Origin: Clostridia bacterium
GTDB taxonomy: Bacteria; Bacillota; Clostridia; Christensenellales; DTU072
Length of the DNA stretch: 64,000 bases
Direction of reading: 5' to 3'
Assembly (NCBI GenBank): GCA_035381305.1
Contig: DAOSYK010000004.1
Span: forward strand, 9,948 to 73,947
Within the stretch, counting starts at the first letter, position 1; the number at the start of each line of letters is the position of its first letter. This document shows, in pieces, positions 9,538 to 18,972 of this stretch. The position numbers and the translations under genes were made by a program. The notes beneath the pieces are model-generated. The model worked only from the letters and a program-made list of their open reading frames with translations. It did not search any database and was not told the origin of the DNA.

Positions 9538-11450
9538 TTCGAATTCGGACATGACTCCTCCTCTTTCTTCCCGCTGTCGTTTATATCGTCTTTTGTATTA
9601 TTGACTACGTCTGAAACGTCTTTTACATCTTTATTATCGCTGTTTCCTTTCTGTGCGGCGTCGACCGATTGCTCGTCAACGGGCTCTACGGTTTCGGGCG
9701 ATTTTTCAACGCTCTTTTCCGCATCTTCAATCTGAGGCGCAACGTCGGGAGCGGCCGCTTTTACTTCGGCCTTTTCTTCGGCCGATGTCGGTTCTTCCGC
9801 TTTTTCCTCAACAGATTTTTCTTCACTCCGTTGTTTTTCCCCGTCGGCGGTATCGGCTTTTATTTCCTCGCCGTCTGCGGGCTTTTCCTCGTCTAAGGTG
9901 ATAACCTCGGTCTCATAATCTTCCTCAAATTCCAGGGGCTGTTCCATAAATTCGGCAAGCGCTTCCACATCTTCCTCGGGGGATACGGTGACGACAAGTT
10001 TCTTTTCTTCCTGGCGTTTTGCCTTGATTTTGTAGACAAGACCAAGTATCTGTATCGTCATAAGGGGCGTCATTGCGACAAATCCGACAAGACCGAACGC
10101 GTCGGCAAGGACGTTTCCTCCCACCGTTTGGCTTACGCCGATTCCCATAGGCAATAAAAACGCCGACGCCATGCTTCCGGCGGCGACACCGCCCGAATCA
10201 AACGCAATGCCGGTAAAAATGGGCGGGACAAAGAAGCTAAGCGCAATGGAAATAACATAAACAGGGAGCACAAAGTACCATATGCTTATGCCCGTAAGCA
10301 CCCTCAGCATGGACAGACCGAGTGAAAAAGAAATTCCGATAGCGAGACTTACAAACATGCTCTTCTTGGAGATACTGCCCGCCGTGATTTCCTCAACCTG
10401 CTTTGTGAGCACGTGGACAGCAGGTTCGGCAAGCACGATGACAAGACCGATAACAAGCCCTATCGGCACAAGCAGCCACTTCAGGCGCGACGCGGCGATT
10501 ACGCTGCCAAGGAGCGCGCCCATGGGCATAAAGCCGATGTTTACGCCTGTAAGGAATATGACTATACCGAAATACGTGTATACAAGACCCACCACAATCC
10601 TTATGACCTGGATTTTGGGGAGTTTAAGGACGGTAAACTGAAAGATGAAGAAAACTACGGTAATGGGTACTATCGCTATGCTGACTTCCTTAAAGCTGGC
10701 GGGAAATCCCCTTATAAACGCCATAAGAATGTCGCCGAAGTTGTTGATTGCGGGGATTTCTGCCACGCCGTAACCAAGCTGAGTCTTTCCGAAAAGTCCG
10801 ATAATAACTATCGCAAGGACGGGACCCGTCGAGCACAGCGCGATTAGTCCGAAACTGTCGTCGCGGTCCTTGCCCGACTCACGCACGGCGGCAAGACCTA
10901 TCCCGAAAGATACAAGGAAAGGCACGGTGATAGGGCCTGTGGTAACACCGCCCGAGTCAAACGCAATGCCCAGGAATTGCGGGGGGACAAAAATCGCCAG
11001 AATAAATATCAGCGCATAGCTTATAAGCAGAATATAGCGAAGTTTTATTCTGAAAAACGTCCTCAGAAGGCTTATCACGAGGAAAATTCCCACGCCGACA
11101 GCCACGGTGTAAAGAATGGCCTTACTCTTGAGCTGTTCGCTAAGAACCTGAAGGTCGGGCTCGGCAAGAGTGATTATGCAGCCGATGACAAAACATATAG
11201 CAATTGCAAAGACGAGATTTTTCTTTTTGGAAATAAACGAGCCGAGCGAATTGCCTATAGGCAGCATTGCTATTTCCGCGCCCAGCGAAAAAAGCGTCAT
11301 ACCTATCATTACAAGTACCGCGCCCACCGCGAACAAACCGATTATTTCACCTTCGATGGCGCGGGTGGCGAATGCCAGAACAACCACAATTACACCGATC
11401 GGAAGAACCGACAAAAACGATTCGTACAGTTTACTGAGTAAGTCTTTCAA
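9534..11450 (-). CDS. DUF1538-type integral membrane protein (internally duplicated) with a ~160-aa acidic C-terminal tail
   Basis: 638 aa. There are two homologous polytopic halves, each containing GIAFDSGGV(T/A)(T/A)G. The final ~160 aa are rich in E/D/K/A/S and low in complexity. The family assignment is from memory of the DUF1538 consensus. Confidence 0.7.
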   Translation of the reverse strand: MKDLLSKLYESFLSVLPIGVIVVVLAFATRAIEGEIIGLFAVGAVLVMIGMTLFSLGAEIAMLPIGNSLGSFISKKKNLVFAIAICFVIGCIITLAEPDLQVLSEQLKSKAILYTVAVGVGIFLVISLLRTFFRIKLRYILLISYALIFILAIFVPPQFLGIAFDSGGVTTGPITVPFLVSFGIGLAAVRESGKDRDDSFGLIALCSTGPVLAIVIIGLFGKTQLGYGVAEIPAINNFGDILMAFIRGFPASFKEVSIAIVPITVVFFIFQFTVLKLPKIQVIRIVVGLVYTYFGIVIFLTGVNIGFMPMGALLGSVIAASRLKWLLVPIGLVIGLVIVLAEPAVHVLTKQVEEITAGSISKKSMFVSLAIGISFSLGLSMLRVLTGISIWYFVLPVYVISIALSFFVPPIFTGIAFDSGGVAAGSMASAFLLPMGIGVSQTVGGNVLADAFGLVGFVAMTPLMTIQILGLVYKIKAKRQEEKKLVVTVSPEEDVEALAEFMEQPLEFEEDYETEVITLDEEKPADGEEIKADTADGEKQRSEEKSVEEKAEEPTSAEEKAEVKAAAPDVAPQIEDAEKSVEKSPETVEPVDEQSVDAAQKGNSDNKDVKDVSDVVNNTKDDINDSGKKEEESCPNSK

Positions 11451-11495
11451 TTTCTCTATGTCCCATTAACTATATATTTCTCTTTTTGATTGTTT

Positions 11496-14400
11496 TTACG
11501 CCTCTCCGTAAAGAATAAGCGCGCTAACGTCCTCGTTCCAGGTAGCATTCCAGCCTACGGGCACCGAGCTTGTCTCGCAGTTAATTACCGATAGCTGACT
11601 GCACCCTTCAAACACCCTCGCGCCCATTCTCGCAACGCCGAGCGGAATTGTTATATTCCTTAAGTCGCAGTTGCGGAATGCCCTTGTGCCTATATCGGTA
11701 AGGCTTCTCGGTAAAGTAAGCGTACGTAACGCTGTGCAATAACCGAAGGCATCTTCGCCGATTTTCGTGACGGCGGGCATATCGGCTATGGATGTGAGGA
11801 ACGCGCATGCGTAAAACGCGCCAAGCTTTATCTCGACGAGTTTTGACGGGAAAACAAGCGTCGTTACTCTCGTGCCTCGGAAGGCGTATTCTCCGATAAC
11901 GGCCAGGTTTTCGCCGAAAGTAACGTTTGCGAGCATCAAACAGCCGTCAAACGCTCCGTTACTTATCTCCGTCACCTTGTTGGGAATGGTGATTGACGTT
12001 ATTTTATCACAGCCATAGAAGGCGTATTTGCCTATCTTAGTCAGGTTATTTCCCAAAGTCACGCCCATAAGGTTTTTCGCCGAATAAAACGCGCCGTCGA
12101 CTATCTCGGTCACGGTCTGAGGCACGGCAAAAGTTGTGTCAGCTTTGGCGGGGGCGTAGACATAAAGAACGGTCTTTGCCTTGTTGTAGAGCACATTGTT
12201 TTCTGCCAAGAAGTCGTCGTTTTCGCTTCTAAACGACAGAGAGACAAGGTTTCTGCTGCCTTGTAAAATGCCTATGCCCACGTTTTCGAGGTAGGCGGGC
12301 AGTATGACAGACGTAAGGTTTTGCATGTTTGCGAAAGCATAAGAGCCGATAGTCCTCACTCTGTCGGGCAGGCTTATCGAAGTAAGCGCCGTGCCCGCAA
12401 ACGCGTTTCCGCCTATCTTCGAAACGGTATACGGCAGATCAATGGACGAAAGACTTACATCGCCTGAAAACGCTCCCTCTCCGATTTCTGTTATCAATCC
12501 CTTTATCGTTACGCTCAAAAGGAGAGCGTTTTCTTCAAAGGCAAAGGCGCTTATTATCCCGACTTTTTCGGGAATTGTGATGTTCGATAGATCATTGCAG
12601 CTGAAAGCGGAAATGCCGATTTCCTCAAGGGATGTCGGTAAGGTTATTGCTTCCAAGGCGCAGTATTCGAAGGCGTAAGCGCCGATCGTGACAAGTCCTT
12701 CGGGTAAAGTGACGCCCGCAAGGCTTGTGCAGTTTGCAAAAGCATAGTCGGGTATGCTCGTCACGCCTGCCGGAATGACAACCGATACAAGGCTTGCGCA
12801 CCCGGCAAAGCAGCGTTCTCCCAATATCACGCCCGCGGGGATATAAACTTCGGTAAGCTTGGCGCAGTTTTCAAACGCCGAAGTGCCTATTATCTTTACC
12901 GTGTTGGGAATTTCCACGCTCATAATCGGGATGTCGCGGAATGTTTCGGCAAAAATCTCGGTTATGGGTGTGCCGTTGTAGCTGACGGGAATTATTACGT
13001 CGCCCGCGCTTCCTGTGTAGTTTGAAACAGCGTAGGTTTCACCGACCAACCGGTAGGAGAAGTCGCCGCTGTCCTTGTAGCAGTCGAATACAACTCTTGC
13101 CGTACTCCCGTTCCAGTTTGCGGGAAGGGCGTTTGCCTCAAAGTAAATGTGCAGGCTTGCGCCGTTTGCTTCTTTCATCTCGCTTACCGACGAGGGCACA
13201 ACAAGGTTTGAAAGGCTCGCGCAGTTTTCAAAGGCGTTGTGTGCGACTCTTGTCACCGTACCGAGTATCAGATAGATATCGTCGGTTTTGAGGGACGGGT
13301 ATTTGATGAGCGTCTTCATGTCGATATCGAAAAGTACGCCGCTTACGTCAAGGTAATTCGGATTTTTATCGTCGATTTCGATGCTGTAGAGGGACGCGCA
13401 GTTTTCAAAGGCGTTTTCGGCAATTACCGCTATCTTCTCGTGAACGGTGATGACGTACAGGGTGACGGCGTCCTTAAACGTCTCCGCGCCGATTGCCGTG
13501 ACGAGCTTTCCGTTATAAAACATAGGTACAGCAACCTCAGTGCCGTTTCCTATGTACTTTGAGACCGTATATGTATCGCCGTTTAAGGTATATTCAAAAT
13601 GCGCCTTGTCTTTGTTACAGCTCCACACAATGTTAGCGTTCTGCCCCATGAAGTTTGCCGCCCAGCCCGAGGGCTTTGCAGATGCCTCACAGTAGACTTT
13701 GACACTCGAAGCGACATTCTGATAGCCCACTTTTGTCACTCTGTCATGGACGTAGAGGGCTCCGAGGCTTGACACATTGTCAAAAGCGTAGTCGTATATC
13801 CTGTTCACCGTAAGGGGCACAAGAAAGTCGGTATCGCTCTTGTCGCTCATGTATCTGACGATAGCGCGATATGCGATTTGTCCGCTGACGGTTTCATATT
13901 CGTACAATACCTTATCTTCTATTACGAAATGGGTGTTTTCGGCATTGACGGCAATCGTCATCGCGCCGCACAGCGCAAAGACGCCTTCGCCTAAGTGTTC
14001 TACCTCTTTACCTATGGTAAAGGACGGGAGATTATTACAGCCGAAAAACGCGTAGTTCCCGATATAAGTTAAGGAGGGGTGCAATCTTATTTCGGTAAGC
14101 ACCGAACAGTTGCGGAAGGCGTTGTCGCCGATTTCGCCGATGACATCGGCGGCGTAATAGGTATTTTCCGCCCAGTCGTAAGCCTTGTTAAGGGGAACAT
14201 ATCCCATACCGCCCTGGCGATAATATTTAGCATAATTTTCGGTAAAGTCTTCGGGCATTTCCTCAAGCAGTCGGTAAGAGACGTTGTCGGCAATGACCGT
14301 CCGGAGAGCCGAACATCCCGAAAACGCGCTCTTTCCTATTGCGAGGATACTTCCCGGGAGATTGACCGAAACCAGTGCCGAATCGGAAAACGCGTACGCG

Positions 14401-16139
14401 CCCAGTTTTTCCAGACTTGCGGGTATGGAAATCGCCGAAAGCGCCGAGCAGCCCGAGAAGGCGTTGTCGCCGATTTGGGTTATGTTGTCGGCGAAGGTCA
14501 CCGAATTTAACGCCGAGCAGCCCGAGAAAACATTTGCTTCAATCTTCTTTAGCCCGAACGGCAGAGAAATCGAAGTCAGTCTCGTGCAACCCGAAAACGC
14601 GCCCGCGCCCAAAGCGTCGGTGTAATTTCCGAAGGTGTAGGAAGCGAGGTCGGAGCAGTTTGCAAAAGCGTATGCGCCGATAGATTTAATTCTGTTAATT
14701 AAGTCGCATGTAATGGTATCGAGGTTGCGGCAGTTCTGGAAGGCGTAGGCGCCGATTTCGGCGATGAATTCCGAAAACTCCACGCTTGTAAGCGAAGTGA
14801 GATTTCTGAACGCGCCCTCTCTCACAACGGCGTCACTGTCCTCTTCGGCTGTCAAAATTACTCTTTCAATGTTGGTCGCGCCGTAATTTCCCGCAACGAC
14901 GGCAGGAATGGAAACCGATGTCAGCGCGGTGCAGCCCAGAAACGCCTCTTCGCCTATTTGGGTGACCGTTAAAGGAATACCAAGGGCGGTGAGCTGAACG
15001 CAGTTTAAGAAAGCTCTCGAGCCGATTTCCGCAAGGTTTTCTCCGAAAAGTATATCACTTAAAAGTTCACACCCCGAAAACGCTCTGTCGCCGATTTCGA
15101 TTATTGTATCGGGCAAAGTCGTCTCGGCAAGTCTGACGCAGCCCGAAAAGACTTCCTTTCCGATTGTTTCAAGCGCCTCGGGATAGGTTATTGAAACAAG
15201 CCTTGAGTTTCCTGCAAAGAGTTTGTCGGCAAAACATGTAAGTTTATCGCCCGAGAAAGCGGCGCTAACGAGGTTTGTGCAGCCGCCGAATGCCGCCTCG
15301 CCGACAGACGCGACATTTTCGGGAACGGCAAGCGCTGTAAGACCCGAACAGCCGTAAAACGCCCTCTGTCCTATAGTTTCAAGATTTTCAGGCAAGTTGA
15401 GTGCGGTAAGTCCTGTGCACCCGTAAAACGCGTTATCGCCGATTTTTGCGACGTCTTCGGTAAAGTATACCGAAAGAAGGGCTGTGTTGCCGCTGAATGC
15501 GTTATCCGCGACCCCCGTTACGGGAAGTCCGTTGTATTTTTCGGCTAATACTATATTCCTTTCGGTCGATGATCCCGGCCCTGCGGCGAGATAGCCGTCG
15601 CGGGAGGAATTGAGAACATAAGCCAGGCCCACAGTGGACGGGTTTGTTTCATTACAAACACTGCAGGAAGTTTCACCTTCCTCAATCGTATGTCCGAGGG
15701 GAGCGATTGTCTCACTGTCAAGGATAATTCCGCAGATTTTGCAGATATTCTGTCTTAGCCCTGCCTTTATGCAGTCGGCTTTTTCTGTTTCCCGCCACTC
15801 GCCGATGTGGGTCTTGTGTTCAAAAAGGGCATAGACGGTAAAATTTTCACTGCTTGTTCTTATGATGTAATTGGTGAGTTTTTTGGAATAGGTTTTTTCA
15901 AGAAACCAGCCGCCGAAAACGTACCCTTCTTTTACAGGGTCGGGCGGGAGGGTTATCTGTCCCTGGGTATTGAGTTCGACCGCCTTATAGACTGCTCCGT
16001 CAACCTCAAAATTTATCATGATGTCCACGCCGTCCCGGGTATCGGCGGGGTCTTGCGCGCAGGCAGAAAGCGCGGCTGAAAGTATAATCAGCGCGAGCGC
16101 GACAAGTATGAAATTTCTTTTCGCGGACTTTCTTGCCAC
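11496..16139 (-). CDS. very large cell-surface leucine-rich-repeat lipoprotein (BspA/TpLRR type)
   Basis: 1547 aa with a GTG start 5 nt after an AAGGGAG RBS. It has a lipoprotein signal (…LSAALSAC), an N-terminal GYVFGGWF (Listeria-Bacteroides type) repeat, and then dozens of ~23-aa repeats of the form I(G)xxAFxxCxxLxS(I/V)xxP. Confidence 0.9.
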   Translation of the reverse strand: MARKSAKRNFILVALALIILSAALSACAQDPADTRDGVDIMINFEVDGAVYKAVELNTQGQITLPPDPVKEGYVFGGWFLEKTYSKKLTNYIIRTSSENFTVYALFEHKTHIGEWRETEKADCIKAGLRQNICKICGIILDSETIAPLGHTIEEGETSCSVCNETNPSTVGLAYVLNSSRDGYLAAGPGSSTERNIVLAEKYNGLPVTGVADNAFSGNTALLSVYFTEDVAKIGDNAFYGCTGLTALNLPENLETIGQRAFYGCSGLTALAVPENVASVGEAAFGGCTNLVSAAFSGDKLTCFADKLFAGNSRLVSITYPEALETIGKEVFSGCVRLAETTLPDTIIEIGDRAFSGCELLSDILFGENLAEIGSRAFLNCVQLTALGIPLTVTQIGEEAFLGCTALTSVSIPAVVAGNYGATNIERVILTAEEDSDAVVREGAFRNLTSLTSVEFSEFIAEIGAYAFQNCRNLDTITCDLINRIKSIGAYAFANCSDLASYTFGNYTDALGAGAFSGCTRLTSISLPFGLKKIEANVFSGCSALNSVTFADNITQIGDNAFSGCSALSAISIPASLEKLGAYAFSDSALVSVNLPGSILAIGKSAFSGCSALRTVIADNVSYRLLEEMPEDFTENYAKYYRQGGMGYVPLNKAYDWAENTYYAADVIGEIGDNAFRNCSVLTEIRLHPSLTYIGNYAFFGCNNLPSFTIGKEVEHLGEGVFALCGAMTIAVNAENTHFVIEDKVLYEYETVSGQIAYRAIVRYMSDKSDTDFLVPLTVNRIYDYAFDNVSSLGALYVHDRVTKVGYQNVASSVKVYCEASAKPSGWAANFMGQNANIVWSCNKDKAHFEYTLNGDTYTVSKYIGNGTEVAVPMFYNGKLVTAIGAETFKDAVTLYVITVHEKIAVIAENAFENCASLYSIEIDDKNPNYLDVSGVLFDIDMKTLIKYPSLKTDDIYLILGTVTRVAHNAFENCASLSNLVVPSSVSEMKEANGASLHIYFEANALPANWNGSTARVVFDCYKDSGDFSYRLVGETYAVSNYTGSAGDVIIPVSYNGTPITEIFAETFRDIPIMSVEIPNTVKIIGTSAFENCAKLTEVYIPAGVILGERCFAGCASLVSVVIPAGVTSIPDYAFANCTSLAGVTLPEGLVTIGAYAFEYCALEAITLPTSLEEIGISAFSCNDLSNITIPEKVGIISAFAFEENALLLSVTIKGLITEIGEGAFSGDVSLSSIDLPYTVSKIGGNAFAGTALTSISLPDRVRTIGSYAFANMQNLTSVILPAYLENVGIGILQGSRNLVSLSFRSENDDFLAENNVLYNKAKTVLYVYAPAKADTTFAVPQTVTEIVDGAFYSAKNLMGVTLGNNLTKIGKYAFYGCDKITSITIPNKVTEISNGAFDGCLMLANVTFGENLAVIGEYAFRGTRVTTLVFPSKLVEIKLGAFYACAFLTSIADMPAVTKIGEDAFGYCTALRTLTLPRSLTDIGTRAFRNCDLRNITIPLGVARMGARVFEGCSQLSVINCETSSVPVGWNATWNEDVSALILYGEA

Positions 16140-16240
16140 AAAGACTCCCTTTAATACAATATTTTTAAATATTGTACTATAATTTAAGGGTTATTGCAAG
16201 AACAAAAACCGAAATAAAAATATATATGGCGTTTACTGTG

Positions 16241-17629
16241 TTATTTCATCAGTTTGCGCGCCATGAGCACGCCCATGACCGACGCCATCATAAGTCCCCT
16301 CGTCCAGCCCGTGGAGTCGCCCAGACAGTGGAGATTGCTGACGTTGGTGTTAAAATCGGTGTCCATCTTTATCTTATTGCTGTAGAACTTCAGTTCGGGC
16401 GAGTAAAGAAGGGTCTCGGGGCTGGCAAATCCCGGCACGACCTTGTCGACGGCCTGAATGAAGTTTATGATGTTGGTCATCGCCCTGTAGGGCATGGCGG
16501 CGGTGATGTCGCCCGCAATCGCGTCGGTAAGCGTGGGTTTAAGATTGCTTTGGGAGAGCTCTTTCTGCCAGGTGCGCTTTCCGTCGAGGATGTCGCCGTA
16601 TCTCTGGACGAGAATGCGGCCGTTTGCGAGCATATTGGTCAGTTCGCCCACCTTCTGCGCGTATGCGATGGGCTGATTAAACGGAGTCGTAAAATTCTGG
16701 GAGCAGAGTATGCTGAGATTTGTATTGTTGCTCTTCTGTCCTTTATATGAGTGGCCGTTTACAACGGCTAAGTTGTTGTCGTAATTTTCCTGGCTGACAT
16801 ATCCGCCGGGGTTCTGACAGAAGGTGCGCACCTTGTCCTTGAAGGGGTTGGGATAGCCTACCAGTTTGCCTTCGTACAGGACTTCGTTTATCTCTTCCAT
16901 TACCTCGTTGCGGACTTCCACTCTCACGCCGATATCGACGGTGCTGGGCTGATGCTCGATGTTGTGCTCGTTGCAGATTTTTTCCAGCCAGTCGGCGCCG
17001 CGGCGGCCTGTGCAGACTATGACCTTTTCGGCCGAAACGGAAAATTCCTCTTTGCCCTTTTTGCATTCCACACCCACGCAGACATTATCTTTGATGATGA
17101 GGTTGTTGCATGTGCAGCCGAAGATAAGCTCAACGCCCTTTTCCTGCAAAAATTTCTCAATGGAAAGGTAAATAAGCTGCGCCTTTTCGGTGCCCAGGTG
17201 GCGTATCGGGCAGTCTATGAGGATAAGTCCCGCCTGAATAGCTTTTTTGCGGATTTCTTTAAGTTTGTCGGGGTCGCTGACGCCTTCGATGTAGGTGTCC
17301 GCGCCGAATTCGAGATAAATTTTGTCGGTGTAGTCGATGGTCTCCTGCACAACGTCGTGCCCGATGAGGTTGGGCAGGTCGCCTCCTACGTCACTGCAAA
17401 GAGAAAGCTTGCCGTCGCTGAACGCGCCCGCGCCCGAAAAGCCCGTAGTGATTGCGCACGAAGGACAGTTTATGCAGTGCCCTACTTTACGCTTGGGGCA
17501 TGCGCGGTTTTCCACCGCCTGACCTTTATCGATTATGGTAATCTTTTTTTTGCAGCCGAGATTTATAAGCTCAAGCGCGGTAAAAATGCCCGAGGGGCCG
17601 GCTCCGACAATCAATATATCCGTTTTCAT
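16241..17629 (-). CDS. FAD/NAD(P)-dependent oxidoreductase (COG2509-like)
   Basis: The start was set at MKTDILIVGAGPSGIF (dinucleotide-binding GxGxxG), preceded by an AGGAG RBS. The longer ORF reaching 17719 has no RBS. Confidence 0.8.
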   Translation of the reverse strand: MKTDILIVGAGPSGIFTALELINLGCKKKITIIDKGQAVENRACPKRKVGHCINCPSCAITTGFSGAGAFSDGKLSLCSDVGGDLPNLIGHDVVQETIDYTDKIYLEFGADTYIEGVSDPDKLKEIRKKAIQAGLILIDCPIRHLGTEKAQLIYLSIEKFLQEKGVELIFGCTCNNLIIKDNVCVGVECKKGKEEFSVSAEKVIVCTGRRGADWLEKICNEHNIEHQPSTVDIGVRVEVRNEVMEEINEVLYEGKLVGYPNPFKDKVRTFCQNPGGYVSQENYDNNLAVVNGHSYKGQKSNNTNLSILCSQNFTTPFNQPIAYAQKVGELTNMLANGRILVQRYGDILDGKRTWQKELSQSNLKPTLTDAIAGDITAAMPYRAMTNIINFIQAVDKVVPGFASPETLLYSPELKFYSNKIKMDTDFNTNVSNLHCLGDSTGWTRGLMMASVMGVLMARKLMK

Positions 17630-17713
17630 ATTTATCTCCTTAAAACCACAAACTATTATAGAAAAAATAAAATAGTATGTCAAACAAAACTTTTCCCGCC
17701 ACCCAAAATTGCC

Positions 17714-17742
17714 TTGCATAAAGCCCGTTTACGATGTATAAT
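17714..17742 (+). promoter_or_regulatory. sigma-A type promoter upstream of the exonuclease gene
   Basis: TTGCAT (17714-17719)-17 nt-TATAAT (17737-17742). Confidence 0.5.
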
Positions 17743-17816
17743 CATTTGCGGAAATGATTTTTTTCAATGGCTTATCGCCATTCATATTTATCGTAAAAAG
17801 GGATTAAAATATTAAG

Positions 17817-18806
17817 GTGAATTATCTTTTTTTTGATATCGAGTGCGCAAATTGCGATAACGGCGTAGGCAAAATATGCAGTTTTGGCTATGTTTTATGC
17901 GATTCGGAGTTCAATATCATAGAAAAAAAAGATATTTTGATCAATCCCGACGCCGAATTCAGCTACGGTGTTTTCAATAAAAAATATATTACTCTCGCAT
18001 ATCCGAGAAAGGAATTTTTAAACAAGCCCAAGTTTGACGAACTCTATCCCGTAATAAAGGATATTCTCATGCGCGAAGACCAGCTCGTTCTCGGACACGC
18101 CGTGGACAACGACGTGAATTTCCTTCTCGGCGACTGCGACAGGTACCGCCTGCCCATAATAGAATACGACTTCTATGACAGTCAGGAACTTTACAGGGCG
18201 CACACCAAAAGCGCCCTTCACAAAAACCTCAGCGCCATCTGCGAGGAATTGAACATAACTTTAGGCAACGCCCACCGAAGCGACGACGACGCCGAAATGA
18301 CCATGCACATTGTCAAAACGCTTTGCCGTCAGAACAACCTCACCTTGCCCGAACTCCTCGAAAGATACCCAAGCTGTCACCACAAGATGCGCGACCTTGT
18401 CATCAAGCACAACCTTCGCAAGCAGTATTTCCTGTTCAGGCAGTATTTGCTTTGCGCCCGGCCCGAAAAGAGAGAGGCCAACGGGCGCATAAAAGGCAAG
18501 ACGATATGCTTCTCCCGCAAAATTGAGGCGCTCGACTACGGCAAGGCGGCCAAACTCATTCAGCACATCTTGGACGGCGGCGGAGACTACACGACCGACC
18601 CCGGAAAAGCCGACATCTTCGTACGCGGACGGGGTGGATGCGACAGGTTCAACAAGGCGACCGCCCTTGGCACAGTCGCCATTATGACCCTTACCGCTTT
18701 CTGCAAGCTGTTGGACGTAAATTATTCTCTGCTCCCCCCCCTCAATATGCAGATGTACGTTTTCCACCACCAGAAAACGCCTTCCGCAAACAAGCGCAGA
18801 CATTGA
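17817..18806 (+). CDS. DEDDh (DnaQ-like) 3'-5' exonuclease domain protein with a C-terminal BRCT-like region
   Basis: 329 aa with a GTG start. The exonuclease motifs are FFDIECAN (ExoI), GHAVDNDVNF (ExoII) and HRSDDDAEM (ExoIII, H-x4-D). The C-terminal GKTICFSRK…DIFV resembles a BRCT fold. Confidence 0.75.
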   Translation: MNYLFFDIECANCDNGVGKICSFGYVLCDSEFNIIEKKDILINPDAEFSYGVFNKKYITLAYPRKEFLNKPKFDELYPVIKDILMREDQLVLGHAVDNDVNFLLGDCDRYRLPIIEYDFYDSQELYRAHTKSALHKNLSAICEELNITLGNAHRSDDDAEMTMHIVKTLCRQNNLTLPELLERYPSCHHKMRDLVIKHNLRKQYFLFRQYLLCARPEKREANGRIKGKTICFSRKIEALDYGKAAKLIQHILDGGGDYTTDPGKADIFVRGRGGCDRFNKATALGTVAIMTLTAFCKLLDVNYSLLPPLNMQMYVFHHQKTPSANKRRH

Positions 18807-18908
18807 CTTGCTTTTTTACCTTTTCAACAAACTTTTTCTCCTGTTATTCCGGTTTTTAACTGCTGTCCGCAAATGTCGTAAAGTGTCAATTTGTGTCGTG
18901 ATTTTATA

Positions 18909-18937
18909 TTGACCGCAAGACTTTTACAGGCTATAAT
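18909..18937 (+). promoter_or_regulatory. sigma-A type promoter upstream of the DUF1846 gene
   Basis: TTGACC (18909-18914)-17 nt-TATAAT (18932-18937), 35 nt before the ATG at 18973. Confidence 0.6.
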
Positions 18938-18972
18938 TATGGCTGTAGGTTCTTAAGGGAGTAAATTTTGTC

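Noticed and set aside
17741-17766. Hairpin ATCATTT-GCGG-AAATGAT followed by TTTTTTT right after the predicted exonuclease promoter. I considered it as a possible attenuator.
   Set aside because: The stem is 7 bp and almost entirely A/T, so predicted stability is low. There is no alternative antiterminator structure or leader peptide.
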